Positions 1-9,969 of a stretch of DNA of 64,000 nt are shown piece by piece. The stretch lies in assembly GCA_028286565.1 (NCBI GenBank), contig JAQBRH010000002.1, forward strand, positions 17,876 to 81,875, given 5' to 3'. The DNA is from Parcubacteria group bacterium. Its GTDB lineage: Bacteria; Patescibacteriota; Minisyncoccia; Phycocordibacterales; Zambryskibacteraceae. How positions within the stretch are numbered: the stretch's first letter is position 1; the number at the start of each line of letters is the position of its first letter. The notes beneath the pieces are model-generated. The model searched no databases. It was not told the origin of the DNA and worked only from the letters and a program-made list of their open reading frames with translations. Position numbers and translations under genes: made by a program.

Positions 1-2
1 CA

Positions 3-1529
3 GCGGCTTGCAAGCCGGGTAAGATCACGGTGAACAACTTCAACGATGCGGAAGCAAACGGCGGTACGGGGAACCCCGGCGCCAAGGCATGTGCGGTCGG
101 ACAGGTTCAGAAGGTGGCCATCACCCCTGACAGCGTTCCGAACGCGCAGGTCGGCGGGACACAGCAGTTCTCGGCATCGGTGGATTGTGGAGAGAACATC
201 TTCACCTGGTCCACCACGGTTCCGACTGTGATCAACGTCAGTCAGACCGGTTCGGCGCGATTCATCGCCCTCGGATCGGGAGATGTGTGCGCGACGAGTG
301 CGGCCGGTACCAAGGCATGCGCAAAGGTTCGAGTGACCGGCCCAACCGGTCCCGCGGGCCCGACGATCTCCGGCATCACGCTTTCCCCGACGCAGCTCAA
401 TCTGCTTTTGGGAGGGACGAACTGCAGCGGCTCATTGCCGCAGCAGATCACCGTCGTGTTCGCTCCGGCAGATCTGCCGCAGTCGGATCGCGGTCTCACG
501 TGGGCGACGTCGAATGCGAATGTCGCAAACGTGTCGAACACTGGTCTTGTCAGCGTGGTAGGAGTCGGGACGGCGGTCATCACCGCCACCTCGACCTCGA
601 ACACAGCGGTCAAGAACACCTCGAACGTGATCGTCAGTGCCTGCACTCCAGGAAGCTTCTCGATCACTCCGCACGGACCGTTCACATTCAATTCAAACCC
701 CAACTGCCTGTCGCCGGCTATCCAACTCTCCGCTCTTGCGGCGAATGGAAGCCCGGTCCAGGTAACGTGGTCGAGTTCGAACTCGGCAGCCGCTACGGTG
801 AACGCCTCAGGGCTTGTCTCGGTCGTCCCCAGCGCCTCCGGCAATGGAACGATCACAGCTACTCCCCAGGCAGGTGTGCCCGGATCCGAGACCTTCGTGG
901 TCGCGAACGTGGCATGCCAAGGCGGTTCGCCGTCGATAACTTCAGTAGTAGTCACTCCGTCCACTTTCCAGTTGATTCTGGGAGGCGGAGGAGTAGCACT
1001 GAATGCAGTAGTTACTGCTGTCGGCGGGGCATCAACCGCGGTAACGTGGTCGGTGAACAAACAGTCGTGTGTTCGTCTGAGCAGCACGAGCGGCGCTACG
1101 ATCACAGTTACACCCCTCAGTCTGTGCACGGGGGTGATCGTCACCGCCACATCTGACTTCGATACGAACAAGTCGGGTTCATCGACGGGTTCGGTGGGAA
1201 GCGGGACGATCAGCTGCAGCTTCCAGTCCAATGTCGGGCAGCAAACCGACAATGTGACCATCAAGCTCTCAGTTGGACAGCAGGCAGTGCTCACAGGCGC
1301 CTGTACGAATCAGTACGGCACGGGGTTCATCCCGTTCTGGTACACGGACAAGCCGACGATCATCAACGTGATCGGAGCAACAACGGCCATCGTCATCAAC
1401 AACCAGACGTACTTCGCAGGCCCGCAGGCCACCATCAAGGGGATTGCGGCCGGCCAAGCGCAGGTGTTCATGCAAGCAAACGTGGCGGATCAAACACTGC
1501 TCTTCAAGCAGACCGTCATCATTCAGTAA
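3..1529 (+). CDS. Ig-like (Big_2-type) repeat surface lipoprotein, 5'-truncated by window edge
   Basis: Frame is open from base 3 (AACKPGKITVNN..., lipobox-like AAC); repeated 'ITP...WSSSN..ATV..SGLV....G...ITAT' Ig modules with Cys pairs; ORF track starts it at 30. Confidence 0.8.
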   Translation, partial: AACKPGKITVNNFNDAEANGGTGNPGAKACAVGQVQKVAITPDSVPNAQVGGTQQFSASVDCGENIFTWSTTVPTVINVSQTGSARFIALGSGDVCATSAAGTKACAKVRVTGPTGPAGPTISGITLSPTQLNLLLGGTNCSGSLPQQITVVFAPADLPQSDRGLTWATSNANVANVSNTGLVSVVGVGTAVITATSTSNTAVKNTSNVIVSACTPGSFSITPHGPFTFNSNPNCLSPAIQLSALAANGSPVQVTWSSSNSAAATVNASGLVSVVPSASGNGTITATPQAGVPGSETFVVANVACQGGSPSITSVVVTPSTFQLILGGGGVALNAVVTAVGGASTAVTWSVNKQSCVRLSSTSGATITVTPLSLCTGVIVTATSDFDTNKSGSSTGSVGSGTISCSFQSNVGQQTDNVTIKLSVGQQAVLTGACTNQYGTGFIPFWYTDKPTIINVIGATTAIVINNQTYFAGPQATIKGIAAGQAQVFMQANVADQTLLFKQTVIIQ

Positions 1530-1543
1530 GCCTCTTACGAGGC

Positions 1544-1572
1544 GGGCTCATTCTCAGGAATGAGCCCTTTTT
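1544..1572 (+). terminator. Intrinsic terminator
   Basis: GGGCTCATTC-tcag-GAATGAGCCC followed by T-run. Confidence 0.8.
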
Positions 1573-1573
1573 C

Positions 1574-1596
1574 TTTACCCTGAGCTTGTCGAAGGG
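1574..1596 (-). repeat. REP-like short palindromic element (CCCTTCGACAAGCTCAGGGTAAA on - strand)
   Basis: Related copies at 42276-42294 and 42756-42780. Confidence 0.7.
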
Positions 1597-1632
1597 TTTA
1601 CCCTATGTCGGGCTTGAAGGTATACTTACAAA

Positions 1633-2676
1633 ATGAAAAAAGAGAAACCGGCTTCCCAAGTCCTCTACAGGAAATACCGCCCCCAGACCTTTAAGGATGT
1701 CATCGGCGAAGACCATGTGGTCAAAGTGCTTGAGAAGGCGATCTCTCTCGGCAATGTCTCGCATGCCTATCTTTTCTCCGGGTCGAGAGGTACGGGCAAG
1801 ACTTCCGTGGCGCGCATTCTCGCTCGCGAGCTCGGGACGTCGGCAAACGATTTGTATGAGATAGATGCGGCCACCCACACAGGTGTCGACGATATCCGAG
1901 AATTGAACGAAGGGGTGAGCACGCTCCCGTTCGATTCGAAATACAAGGTCTACATCATCGACGAGGTGCACATGCTTTCAAAGTCCGCCTTCAATGCGTT
2001 CTTGAAGACCCTTGAAGAGCCTCCGGCACACGTCATCTTTATCCTGGCCACGACCGAGATCGAGAAGGTCCCGGAGACCATCCGCTCAAGATGCCAGATC
2101 TTCGTCTTCAGATCTCCGAACCAATCGGTCTTAAAAGAATTCGCCGGAGTGATCGCGGGCAAAGAAGGATTCAAACTGGACGCTGATGCAGCAGAGCTCG
2201 TAGCCATCCTCGGAGACGGGTCATTTAGAGATACGCACGGGATACTCGAGAAGGTCATCTCCTCTTCGGCGGATAAAAAGATCACCCGAAGCGAAGTCGA
2301 AGCGGTCACCGGCGCTCCCCGGGCCGAACTCGTCCGAGACATCCTCGAAGCGGTCGTCCTCCAAGATCTCCATAAAGGATTATCCGCGGTGGGGAAGGCG
2401 AGCGCCGGGAATGCGGATATGAAATTATTCTCCAAGCTCATCCTCGAGCGCCTTCGTTTCCTTTTTCTCCTCCGCTTGAAAGCCGGGATGGATACGTATA
2501 TTTCCGAACAGATCTCCGAAGACGACCTTCATTTCCTTACAGACCTTGCGGCTAAAGCCGGAGCATCCCTCACTTCCGAAACTCTCATCACCTTCATCAC
2601 CGCTTCCGAATCTTCGGGCCGAACCTCGATCCCCGAACTTGCGCTTGAACTCGCTCTCGCGGATTCGATTAAATAA
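1633..2676 (+). CDS. dnaX: DNA polymerase III subunit gamma/tau (short form)
   Basis: LYRKYRPQTF, Walker A GSRGTGKTS, IIDEVHMLS, NAFLKTLEEPP, SRC motif; TATACT 6 nt upstream of ATG. Confidence 0.97.
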   Translation: MKKEKPASQVLYRKYRPQTFKDVIGEDHVVKVLEKAISLGNVSHAYLFSGSRGTGKTSVARILARELGTSANDLYEIDAATHTGVDDIRELNEGVSTLPFDSKYKVYIIDEVHMLSKSAFNAFLKTLEEPPAHVIFILATTEIEKVPETIRSRCQIFVFRSPNQSVLKEFAGVIAGKEGFKLDADAAELVAILGDGSFRDTHGILEKVISSSADKKITRSEVEAVTGAPRAELVRDILEAVVLQDLHKGLSAVGKASAGNADMKLFSKLILERLRFLFLLRLKAGMDTYISEQISEDDLHFLTDLAAKAGASLTSETLITFITASESSGRTSIPELALELALADSIK

Positions 2677-2702
2677 AAAGCTCCGGGAATCCGGAGCTGT
2701 CC

Positions 2703-3923
2703 TTACGGGGCTATGAATGCTTTCTCTTTCGAAGTGTGGGGCTGATCGATGCCGATCTTCGAGGCCGAGATCGTCGGCATGTCCTCCGCCTTTGTGGAGC
2801 GCAGAGCCGAGAGGAGCGAGCCAAGCTTGTATTCGCCGTCGCCCAATATGTCCCAGTGGCCAAAGGTGTTCATGGCCGAGATGGTCATGGAGAGGCCTTC
2901 GGTCAAGGGGTCGAACAACATTGATCCTCTGTAGAGGGTCTTCACCTTGAACTGCGGCATGCTGCGCCACAGGAAGGGGATGGCGAAGTTTTCCCAATTT
3001 TTGCGGTCCCGGCTTACGAACAAGAAGAGATCGCAGTGCCCGCAGTCCGTACCTTTGGGATACGCCGCCGCGAGCATGAGGTAGCCGAACCCTTCGGCCC
3101 GGATCACATCGATGTGCCAGATCACGTAGCCGGGCTGAGCGATAGCGACCGGTCCGACGACCTTCAAAGGAGCTTCGGTCACGGACCTTCCGGGAATCGG
3201 GACCGCTTCGCGGAGGATAACATCCGTACCCGAAGCGACACAGCCTCCTCCGCCGGCCTGCACGTACCACATGCTCCAGAGCGAGCGATCCGGTTCGAGG
3301 ACGCTCGTCTGAGAGACCGCGTTGTGGTTGCGTTCCTGGAAAAGTATTCCTTTGTGGAAGATGTTCACTTCATCCGGCGTGGTCAGAGCCTTGATCGTAT
3401 TGAAGACCGGGTCAACCTCGCGCCAGGTGATGACCGTCTCGCCGAACCCCGGATCATAGATCATGTCCGGATCGGAAGAGTAGCGATTCGGTCCGGGGTG
3501 GGGGACGAGCGGGCTCTCCATGAAGCTCGGAGGGACCCAGCTCTGCGAGAGGAAACACAAGAAGGTCGGATTCTCGAAATTCGCGTTCGATCCTTTGTAC
3601 GGAGTGACGATCATCTTCTTCCCGCAGCCCCGGGGTCCGAGTATCACATCCGGGTGGACGTAGTCATCGTTCCCGAACGGATCGAGAGGCATCTTCGTGA
3701 GGTGGAGAGGGGTGGTCGTGGCCCTTCCTAGCAGTTCAAGATATGAGGCTGCCGGCGATTTGCGAACCAAGGAATCGATGGGCCAGAGGGGAGTCGGCCT
3801 TGGAAGCCGAGGCTTCAGCACGGGTGCTCCCGACCCGAACATCGAAGGGTCTCCTGGGAGGGAGAGCCTTTCCGGGGAACATCCGAGGAAGAGGACCATC
3901 AGGAAGAGGTTGTAGCGCCGCAT
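2703..3923 (-). CDS. Putative lipoprotein, glycoside-hydrolase-like beta-propeller
   Basis: Signal peptide with LFLGC lipobox; VHPDV, TPY, ENP, SDPDM, WHIDV, YRGS motifs recall 5-bladed propeller hydrolases. Confidence 0.6.
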   Translation of the reverse strand: MRRYNLFLMVLFLGCSPERLSLPGDPSMFGSGAPVLKPRLPRPTPLWPIDSLVRKSPAASYLELLGRATTTPLHLTKMPLDPFGNDDYVHPDVILGPRGCGKKMIVTPYKGSNANFENPTFLCFLSQSWVPPSFMESPLVPHPGPNRYSSDPDMIYDPGFGETVITWREVDPVFNTIKALTTPDEVNIFHKGILFQERNHNAVSQTSVLEPDRSLWSMWYVQAGGGGCVASGTDVILREAVPIPGRSVTEAPLKVVGPVAIAQPGYVIWHIDVIRAEGFGYLMLAAAYPKGTDCGHCDLFLFVSRDRKNWENFAIPFLWRSMPQFKVKTLYRGSMLFDPLTEGLSMTISAMNTFGHWDILGDGEYKLGSLLSALRSTKAEDMPTISASKIGIDQPHTSKEKAFIAP

Positions 3924-4013
3924 AGGACCTCAAAGGTGGGTGTGATGAGCAAGTTCTCTAACTACCTTACTCTTTGGGCCTTGTATGTCAAAAGAAGTCG
4001 CCAATATAAGTAT

Positions 4014-4535
4014 CTACTCAACTATCACCTTTTTGATGTTTGAAAATTGCAGAAGATTCTTCTTGATCAAAGGCTTCATCATAGCTACTGAAAATGATGA
4101 TCCAAGCCAACCATCCATTTGTAGATCTGCATGAGCCACATCTCCTTCTAATCTCACTTTTACTAGGACGTCGGCCTGTCTTGGTGCGAACTCAGCCGCC
4201 TTTGTGGCTGCTTCAGAATACAGATCACTAATTTTATGAGTAATCTTTGTGCTTGTCGCTATCCACACGGTCTCGTTCATGATCTGATCAAGCTGCTGGT
4301 CACTCGTCATCCCTTTGGGAGGAGTGTTATTCCATACATCCAAAACTTTCTTCCTGTATACATCAAAGTCTTTGGGTAAAAAAATCGTAAGCTCATTTAT
4401 ATCTGAGCCGGTTTGCGCAGTAGAAGTTGTTTGACTTGCATTAGCGGGTACATCTTCCTTATTTCTAGTGGTGTAAACACCTACGCCGATCAAAACTATT
4501 AGTACGCAAATTATTAGAAGAATTCTTTTGTGCAT
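4014..4535 (-). CDS. Hypothetical N-terminally anchored protein (possibly GerMN-like C-terminus)
   Basis: N-terminal TM helix; ends GSS...IKKNLLQFSNIKKV. Confidence 0.6.
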   Translation of the reverse strand: MHKRILLIICVLIVLIGVGVYTTRNKEDVPANASQTTSTAQTGSDINELTIFLPKDFDVYRKKVLDVWNNTPPKGMTSDQQLDQIMNETVWIATSTKITHKISDLYSEAATKAAEFAPRQADVLVKVRLEGDVAHADLQMDGWLGSSFSVAMMKPLIKKNLLQFSNIKKVIVE

Positions 4536-4568
4536 ATTGTTGGTTGATAAAATTATAGCATCTATAAT

Positions 4569-4596
4569 GCTGAGAGTCGTAGAAGACGTTAGAACT
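4569..4596 (+). repeat. 28-bp att-like repeat, copy 1
   Basis: GCTG-agagtcgtagaa-GACGTTAGAACT; lies in 27-aa micro-ORF 4567-4650 MLRVVEDVRTWILENYGTMYIPNLLIH. Confidence 0.6.
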
Positions 4597-4884
4597 TGGA
4601 TACTGGAAAATTATGGCACTATGTATATACCAAATCTGCTGATTCATTAGGGGGTACCCTTACCCCCGAGAGGTGGGTACCCGGTAGGTGGAGTAATAGA
4701 TGTTAGGTTGGTTCTCAAAAAGTACCCCTTCCCCAGATTCTGCTCATCGGCAACCAATCTGAAATCTGGTATGAAATTTTTTGAATTCTTGGACTAAGGA
4801 ATGTGCACTTCCCATTTAGCTAAAAGTATGGTTATATTGAAAATAGAGTCCGGGCTAGCAATCTCACCTCTTCAGGGAAGACTA

Positions 4885-5472
4885 ATGAAAACGCCCAAGT
4901 TCCTTACATACCAGAGCCGGATCTACCTCGGCCTTATGATCGCAATTGCAGCAGCTGTGCAGATCTTCAGCCTCATGCTTGTGGGCGTGGACAACAAGGC
5001 CCTTCCTCCGATCACGCTCCACAGCCTTCACCTGGCAGGATTACTGATCTCATGCGGAGTCTTCCTGTTTCTCACATGGGCGGCCGTGTACTTCCTGTTC
5101 GTCGCAGTTCATCCAATCGACCTGATGAACGCCACCGACGACGCTGAGAAGGACGTGGTGGCTAGAAAGATCAGGGGCGGAGATACCGCTATCGTGACCT
5201 ATCACTTTCGTGAGTTGCCACTTCGGGCAAAGGTGCTCGAAGTCATGTGCTGGGTAATGGCCACGCTTTTCGGCTTCATGGGTCTCGCACTCGCTACGGG
5301 TGTCGTGGGATTTGCCTTGCGCGGTCCAGGTACCGGCAGCAAGTGGGGATACATCGGTGCGATGGTCTGCGGGGCCGTTCTCATGATTTCAATGGCTCTC
5401 GCCGGACGAACGAAGCGTGTGCATGCTTTCGAGAAGTCGCGTCTCGACCTGACTCGCGATCTCGGGATCTAG
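4885..5472 (+). CDS. Hypothetical membrane protein (about 4 TM)
   Basis: Four hydrophobic segments; likely start MKTPKF at 4885 rather than 4801. Confidence 0.7.
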   Translation: MKTPKFLTYQSRIYLGLMIAIAAAVQIFSLMLVGVDNKALPPITLHSLHLAGLLISCGVFLFLTWAAVYFLFVAVHPIDLMNATDDAEKDVVARKIRGGDTAIVTYHFRELPLRAKVLEVMCWVMATLFGFMGLALATGVVGFALRGPGTGSKWGYIGAMVCGAVLMISMALAGRTKRVHAFEKSRLDLTRDLGI

Positions 5473-5473
5473 C

Positions 5474-5665
5474 ATGCGAGCCCATACGATCTACGCTCCA
5501 CCTGGAGACGAGAAGACTCTGGAGATAGCCAACTCGCTTCGTAGACAGGGATATATGGTAACTATCCAGCCCAACCCTGGACTTACCGAGCCCTTGTTCA
5601 GAGCTGAGGATGGTCCCATCAGGGGTTATGAGAAGATTCTTCAACACTTCCGTAACCAATCGTAA
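5474..5665 (+). CDS. Small hypothetical protein (possible glutaredoxin-like fold without CxxC)
   Basis: 63 aa, starts 1 nt after upstream stop; ends P.F...G.IRGY..I; followed by hairpin plus T-run 5667-5696. Confidence 0.55.
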   Translation: MRAHTIYAPPGDEKTLEIANSLRRQGYMVTIQPNPGLTEPLFRAEDGPIRGYEKILQHFRNQS

Positions 5666-5712
5666 CGGCGTGCCTTCTAGGTGCGCTGTTTTTTTATTTA
5701 CTAATTTTGCGA

Positions 5713-5740
5713 GCTGGCCAGATGGTACGAAGTTGGAACC
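5713..5740 (+). repeat. 28-bp att-like repeat, copy 2
   Basis: GCTG-gccagatggtac-GAAGTTGGAACC; abuts stop codon of the convergent gene 5740-6339. Confidence 0.8.
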
Positions 5741-6339
5741 TATTTGATAAATTTGAAAGTAGAAAGTATCTTATTTCCTTCTGATTCTTTTCTGTAAATA
5801 TCAACTTCATATATGTCTTCTCTGTGCTGGAAAAAAATTTGCTGAGACCATCCCTTAACAGCTTGGTCATTAGGGGACCCTCTGTATATCTCGTAAATAT
5901 ATGCTGTTTCTCCATCGATAGTATCTTTTCCAATAAATCTTCTTACAACTTTTCCACTATCATCTGTTTTAGAAATGAGATCCAAGAAATCAACAATATT
6001 TTTTGCTGATGCATAGTAACTACCCAATTCCTTTGAGCCCAGAGGATTAATTATAAAACTCATAGTTTGATTTCCGTTTTTTATCCCTATAGACAAAAGA
6101 GATTCGTCACCTGTTGCATCAACTTCTCCTTTAGAAGGGCCGACCGTCGTAATAGTCAAACTTTCTGGATAATTAAGTTTAAAATTGTGTGCAGTGTTTT
6201 TGTATATCTTCCAGTTATCAGTTTCAGTGTTACTCTCAGTTATTGAAGAAACATTTTGTATAGAGTTATTTTTTGAAACAAAATACCAACCACCCAGAAC
6301 TATAGTAATACCCACTATCAAAATTATTTTAATTTTCAT
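5740..6339 (-). CDS. Secreted/anchored PsbP-like protein
   Basis: TM helix, WKIYKN...FKLNYP, C-terminal ILSTFKF; low GC; start MKIKII. Confidence 0.7.
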   Translation of the reverse strand: MKIKIILIVGITIVLGGWYFVSKNNSIQNVSSITESNTETDNWKIYKNTAHNFKLNYPESLTITTVGPSKGEVDATGDESLLSIGIKNGNQTMSFIINPLGSKELGSYYASAKNIVDFLDLISKTDDSGKVVRRFIGKDTIDGETAYIYEIYRGSPNDQAVKGWSQQIFFQHREDIYEVDIYRKESEGNKILSTFKFIK

Positions 6340-6379
6340 AAATTTAAATATAGTACAAAAACAGTAATCTACCAACATT

Positions 6380-6402
6380 GCTGGCCGTCTCGAGCTGGAA
6401 CC
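6380..6402 (+). repeat. Degenerate 23-bp copy of the att-like repeat
   Basis: GCTGGCC-gtctcga-GCTGGAACC; same length as the tRNA-Gln antisense segment GCTG...CGAACC. Confidence 0.45.
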
Positions 6403-6523
6403 GCGGACGGGCTTGCTTTGCTTGGCGGGTTAGTTACGTTTTGCAGTACTCCGATGATGCGTCTCGTGCGCTTCAAAAAGTGACGAAAGTTATTTAGCTC
6501 TTCTTTTTACAATGATCAGATCT

Positions 6524-6880
6524 TTATACCTCAGGCTCTTCATTAATACCCAATTTTGATTGCATTGCCTGTCTAATCCACCATGTGGCATACGTTGAGA
6601 ACTTGTAATCTTTCCCATGGTGTCCATGCTTCACATACATATCTACGGCTTTGTAGAGGCCAAGATTGCCTTCCGCGATCAAGTCCATGATTGATACATT
6701 AGGATCTGTACCCTCATATTTTTGTGCGATCCTAGCTACCAAACGAAGGTTGCCCTCCGCAAGCTTTTTCTTAGATTCATCATCTCCTTTGCGGGCAAGA
6801 GCTTTCTCCTCTTCTGCTTTAATGAGAGGAGACCTTGATATTTCCTCTAGATATTTTGTTAGTTGAGAGTTTTTTGCCAT
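6524..6880 (-). CDS. Stand-alone sigma-70 region 1.2 + region 2 protein
   Basis: [46 protein letters not shown]; stops before regions 3-4. Confidence 0.85.
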   Translation of the reverse strand: MAKNSQLTKYLEEISRSPLIKAEEEKALARKGDDESKKKLAEGNLRLVARIAQKYEGTDPNVSIMDLIAEGNLGLYKAVDMYVKHGHHGKDYKFSTYATWWIRQAMQSKLGINEEPEV

Positions 6881-7337
6881 AATTTCTTAGTTTATTGATA
6901 TCCGGAGTTGAGAGCCAAGCAGCCATAGCCCCATATCCTTTCTTATTTATAGTAAACGGTTCAATGGGCTGTGCCTTTCTAAGAAAGATGAGTAGACAGT
7001 ACTTCTTATCTTTAAAAAGATTTGCATAGTGCGGGATATCCTTTTCCTCAATTCCGTCTTGTGTACCATACGCTTTGAGGATTTCTCGTACTTTAATTGG
7101 AGTAAGGCCCTCAAAGGTGAGTACTTTTGAGACTTCGGCGATGACGGTCACAGGCTCTCCACTATTCTTAAAATAAACGCTATCCCAGGCCTTGATCTTT
7201 CCCCACGGCGCGGAACGATTCATATACCAGCGGGATTCGATGGTCTTCTCTCCAGTGAGGACCTGGGGCAACAAACCCCAAGACTTTTTCATGATGGCCA
7301 CATGGTCGGTGTGATTGTTGTCTTTCCTTTTATTCAT
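6819..7337 (-). CDS. ASCH/PUA-like domain protein
   Basis: HVAIM...[12 protein letters not shown]...PWGKIK..D.VYFK. Confidence 0.75.
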   Translation of the reverse strand: MNKRKDNNHTDHVAIMKKSWGLLPQVLTGEKTIESRWYMNRSAPWGKIKAWDSVYFKNSGEPVTVIAEVSKVLTFEGLTPIKVREILKAYGTQDGIEEKDIPHYANLFKDKKYCLLIFLRKAQPIEPFTINKKGYGAMAAWLSTPDINKLRNYGKKLSTNKISRGNIKVSSH

Positions 7338-7635
7338 GAGGCAGCTCTTTCACTTTCCTTACAAGCTCGTCCCAACTAGATGTTTTCATTCTCTGTCCAG
7401 GCGGAAGTTCGAGATCACAAGCATGGTCCAAAATGTCACTTACAATATTTTGTCGTTCACCATTAATTGTTAAGGCCTCAAATCCTGTGCCACAGATCTT
7501 ATACGCCGCTTCTTCGGGCGTGAGATCACCAGCTTCCTTTCGAGCGATCGTATTCTCACAGTATTCTCTAAGAGCCGAGAGCTTCTTCTCAGGCGCAGCC
7601 TCATGTACTTTCTGAAATTCAGGATCTTGGGTCAT
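7330..7635 (-). CDS. Hypothetical protein
   Basis: 101-aa ORF overlapping start of downstream gene. Confidence 0.65.
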   Translation of the reverse strand: MTQDPEFQKVHEAAPEKKLSALREYCENTIARKEAGDLTPEEAAYKICGTGFEALTINGERQNIVSDILDHACDLELPPGQRMKTSSWDELVRKVKELPHE

Positions 7636-7678
7636 ATTGTGTAATAAGGATGGAATTACCTAGAAAATATTTCTTAAC

Positions 7679-8008
7679 TTAAGTAACAAAGGCACTAAGG
7701 AATTCTCTCAAAAAGAAAACGACGCCTATAAATATCAATGTTCCAATCAAAGACTTTTTTGAATAGTTATCTTCGTGATTTTTTCCATTGATCAGAAGAT
7801 ATGTTAGCTCATCAACAAATAATCCTAAGCCTACTGCATAAGTAACTACTGATCCGATCAGTAACCCCAAAAGAACGAGACCAACGCCGTACATATAATG
7901 ATGAGTCCAAAACTTCCCAACCGTAGGTGCAGGTATAGGTTTAAAGTACAGAAACAAGCGTGTGAAGATAATGGTACCTAGAAATATGAGGAAAAACAGA
8001 TCTGCCAT
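7679..8008 (-). CDS. Hypothetical membrane protein
   Basis: HHYMYG and GLGLFVDEL motifs in TM helices; TATACT 6 nt upstream of ATG. Confidence 0.75.
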   Translation of the reverse strand: MADLFFLIFLGTIIFTRLFLYFKPIPAPTVGKFWTHHYMYGVGLVLLGLLIGSVVTYAVGLGLFVDELTYLLINGKNHEDNYSKKSLIGTLIFIGVVFFLREFLSAFVT

Positions 8009-8051
8009 GGGTTAAGTATATATGAATATAACCCTTCTGTTTCAGGAAAGT

Positions 8052-8186
8052 TTATTTACGTCTAGACACGAAAACACTGCTGAGAATAGCGAGAGTAAGA
8101 ATGATCCCAAGTGCGAACCATAAGGAAATATCTCTCGGATGCCCTATAAGATACCGAATATTAGACAGATATTGAGAAGGTTGCAT
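8052..8186 (-). CDS. Small single-TM protein (44 aa, not in ORF track)
   Basis: MQPSQYLSNIRYLIGHPRDISLWFALGIILTLAILSSVFVSRRK. Confidence 0.45.
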   Translation of the reverse strand: MQPSQYLSNIRYLIGHPRDISLWFALGIILTLAILSSVFVSRRK

Positions 8187-8514
8187 CAAATCGGCTAGCC
8201 TATTGTTTCTGTATTCATGCTCAGATAGACGTTAACTCAGTATTAATCTTTCTGTACAGACGGTAAGGTCAACACAAGAAAGTTGACCGAGGGCCGTCTC
8301 TTTATCTATGCCTTGGACAGACATAATTGGAAAATAAAAGTCGTTAATGGACCCAATTGCCTCCACAGCCCTCCCGCAGGCCGTGCATTTTTATGTGGTT
8401 GTTGGTATGCATGATATCTATGACGTGAACAGCGGCCATGACTTACAAACTATTTGATATACCTCTACTTCTCCTAAAAAAGCGAGTCATCTAGACTCGT
8501 CCTTAGATGCAACA

Positions 8515-9009
8515 TCATCCTTTCTTAAGAAAAGGCACTGTGATTGAAGCAGCGAGGATAATACCAATACTATTACTTATGAGATCAAGCCACGTATCTT
8601 CGATGGTGGTCGACATTACAAAGCCGAGGTAATGCTGAAGCACAAACTCCAGGATCTCATTCCCCACCCCAAGCGCAGTCACCACAAGTGCCGTAAAAAC
8701 AAAAAATTGGAATTTATTGATTACGACTTTGCTGTCTCTGATCGCCAAGAAACAAACAACTAAAGCTAGAAACCCTCCACAAAGCCCATGCTGAATGCGA
8801 TTTGCAAGAGCTCCATCAAAGCTTTCAACAATGAGGGCACTAAAAAAATTAAGGATGAGGATAGTGACGATCGAGAGGCAAGCACGATGGAAATCTAGCT
8901 TAGGGATTCTCTGTTCAAAAAAGTATGCAACCAGGAAAAGAGAAACTAAATAAAGAATTGGGTAGGCAAAAGAAATACCAAAAAGGAGGGAGATAAGGTG
9001 GGCGGACAT
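8515..9009 (-). CDS. Membrane protein (DUF2238/VanZ-like)
   Basis: Multiple TM; H, NEILEF, DTWLDLISN motifs; TGgTATTCT 6 nt upstream of ATG 9009. Confidence 0.65.
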   Translation of the reverse strand: MSAHLISLLFGISFAYPILYLVSLFLVAYFFEQRIPKLDFHRACLSIVTILILNFFSALIVESFDGALANRIQHGLCGGFLALVVCFLAIRDSKVVINKFQFFVFTALVVTALGVGNEILEFVLQHYLGFVMSTTIEDTWLDLISNSIGIILAASITVPFLKKG

Positions 9010-9044
9010 AACAGTAGAATACCACATACGAAGTTTGAACAATT

Positions 9045-9398
9045 TTAAAACTTTCCAGTTAATATAAAAACTAAGCTAATAAGCCCAAAAACAAACGCAA
9101 GCACGACAGTTCCTGAAATAAGATCTTTGCTGCGGCCAATTGCTTCATCGTGCCCAGGATGAAGTTTAGTAAGAGCAATTTCGATAGCCATATTTTGGAT
9201 TTCGGTAACTACAATGAAAAACCAGCAAAATATCAACAGTAGTAACTCTTGAGCTGATAGCGGCCCGAATAAGAAATATACAGCCGGTATTCCGATAATT
9301 CCAAAAACAATCATTTCGAAACGAACAGCGAAGTCCTGAGTGAAAGCATATTTCAAGCCTCGAAAGGGATGAGAAAGTCTATTAATCCAATACTTCAT
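9045..9398 (-). CDS. dgkA: Prokaryotic diacylglycerol/undecaprenol kinase
   Basis: F.GL...F, E..N.AIE, IGRSKD motifs. Confidence 0.85.
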   Translation of the reverse strand: MKYWINRLSHPFRGLKYAFTQDFAVRFEMIVFGIIGIPAVYFLFGPLSAQELLLLIFCWFFIVVTEIQNMAIEIALTKLHPGHDEAIGRSKDLISGTVVLAFVFGLISLVFILTGKF

Positions 9399-9406
9399 GA
9401 CATATT

Positions 9407-9961
9407 TTAATTATGTGCTTTCTTTTTCTTAAACATCTTCTTATACTCGCTTCGGCTCATCAGACTTTTGGTATCAGTGAGTCTGTCTAAGAATACCTTG
9501 CCGTCAATATGGTCGAGCTCGTGGAGGATCACTTTGGCAAGCAAACCTTTAGCTTCCATAGTGAACCATTCTCCATTTTTGTCTCGCGCTTTAATGACAA
9601 GTGAAGTAGGTCTCGACACTTTGCCAAAGAGATTTGCATGGGCTACGCTGCCGCATCCTTCGTATTCTGAGAAGGTTTTCTTAGAGACTGAGAGTACCTG
9701 AGGATTTATGAATACACGCAGATCATCTGCCTCTTTATCTTTGTCGATTGTTCTCAGGGAAGTCATCCTTATTTCTGTAAGAAAAATCCTTTGGTTAATA
9801 CCAATTTGAGGAGCTGCGATCCCTACCAAATTTCCATGTCTCATTGAATCAACCAGATCTTTAATGGTCTTTTTAATTTTCTTTGATTTAAAATCCTTCA
9901 CCACAGAAGACTTCCTACGGATGATCGGATTGCCTACTTGGGTTAATTCTTTGATTATCAT
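9407..9961 (-). CDS. def: Peptide deformylase
   Basis: GIAAPQIG, EGCGS, HELDHIDG. Confidence 0.95.
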   Translation of the reverse strand: MIIKELTQVGNPIIRRKSSVVKDFKSKKIKKTIKDLVDSMRHGNLVGIAAPQIGINQRIFLTEIRMTSLRTIDKDKEADDLRVFINPQVLSVSKKTFSEYEGCGSVAHANLFGKVSRPTSLVIKARDKNGEWFTMEAKGLLAKVILHELDHIDGKVFLDRLTDTKSLMSRSEYKKMFKKKKAHN

Positions 9962-9969
9962 TTATTGTT

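Noticed and set aside
185-1294. Long alternative ORFs 185-1156 (+) and 242-1294 (-)
   Set aside because: Shadow frames of the Ig-repeat gene; no recognisable motifs.
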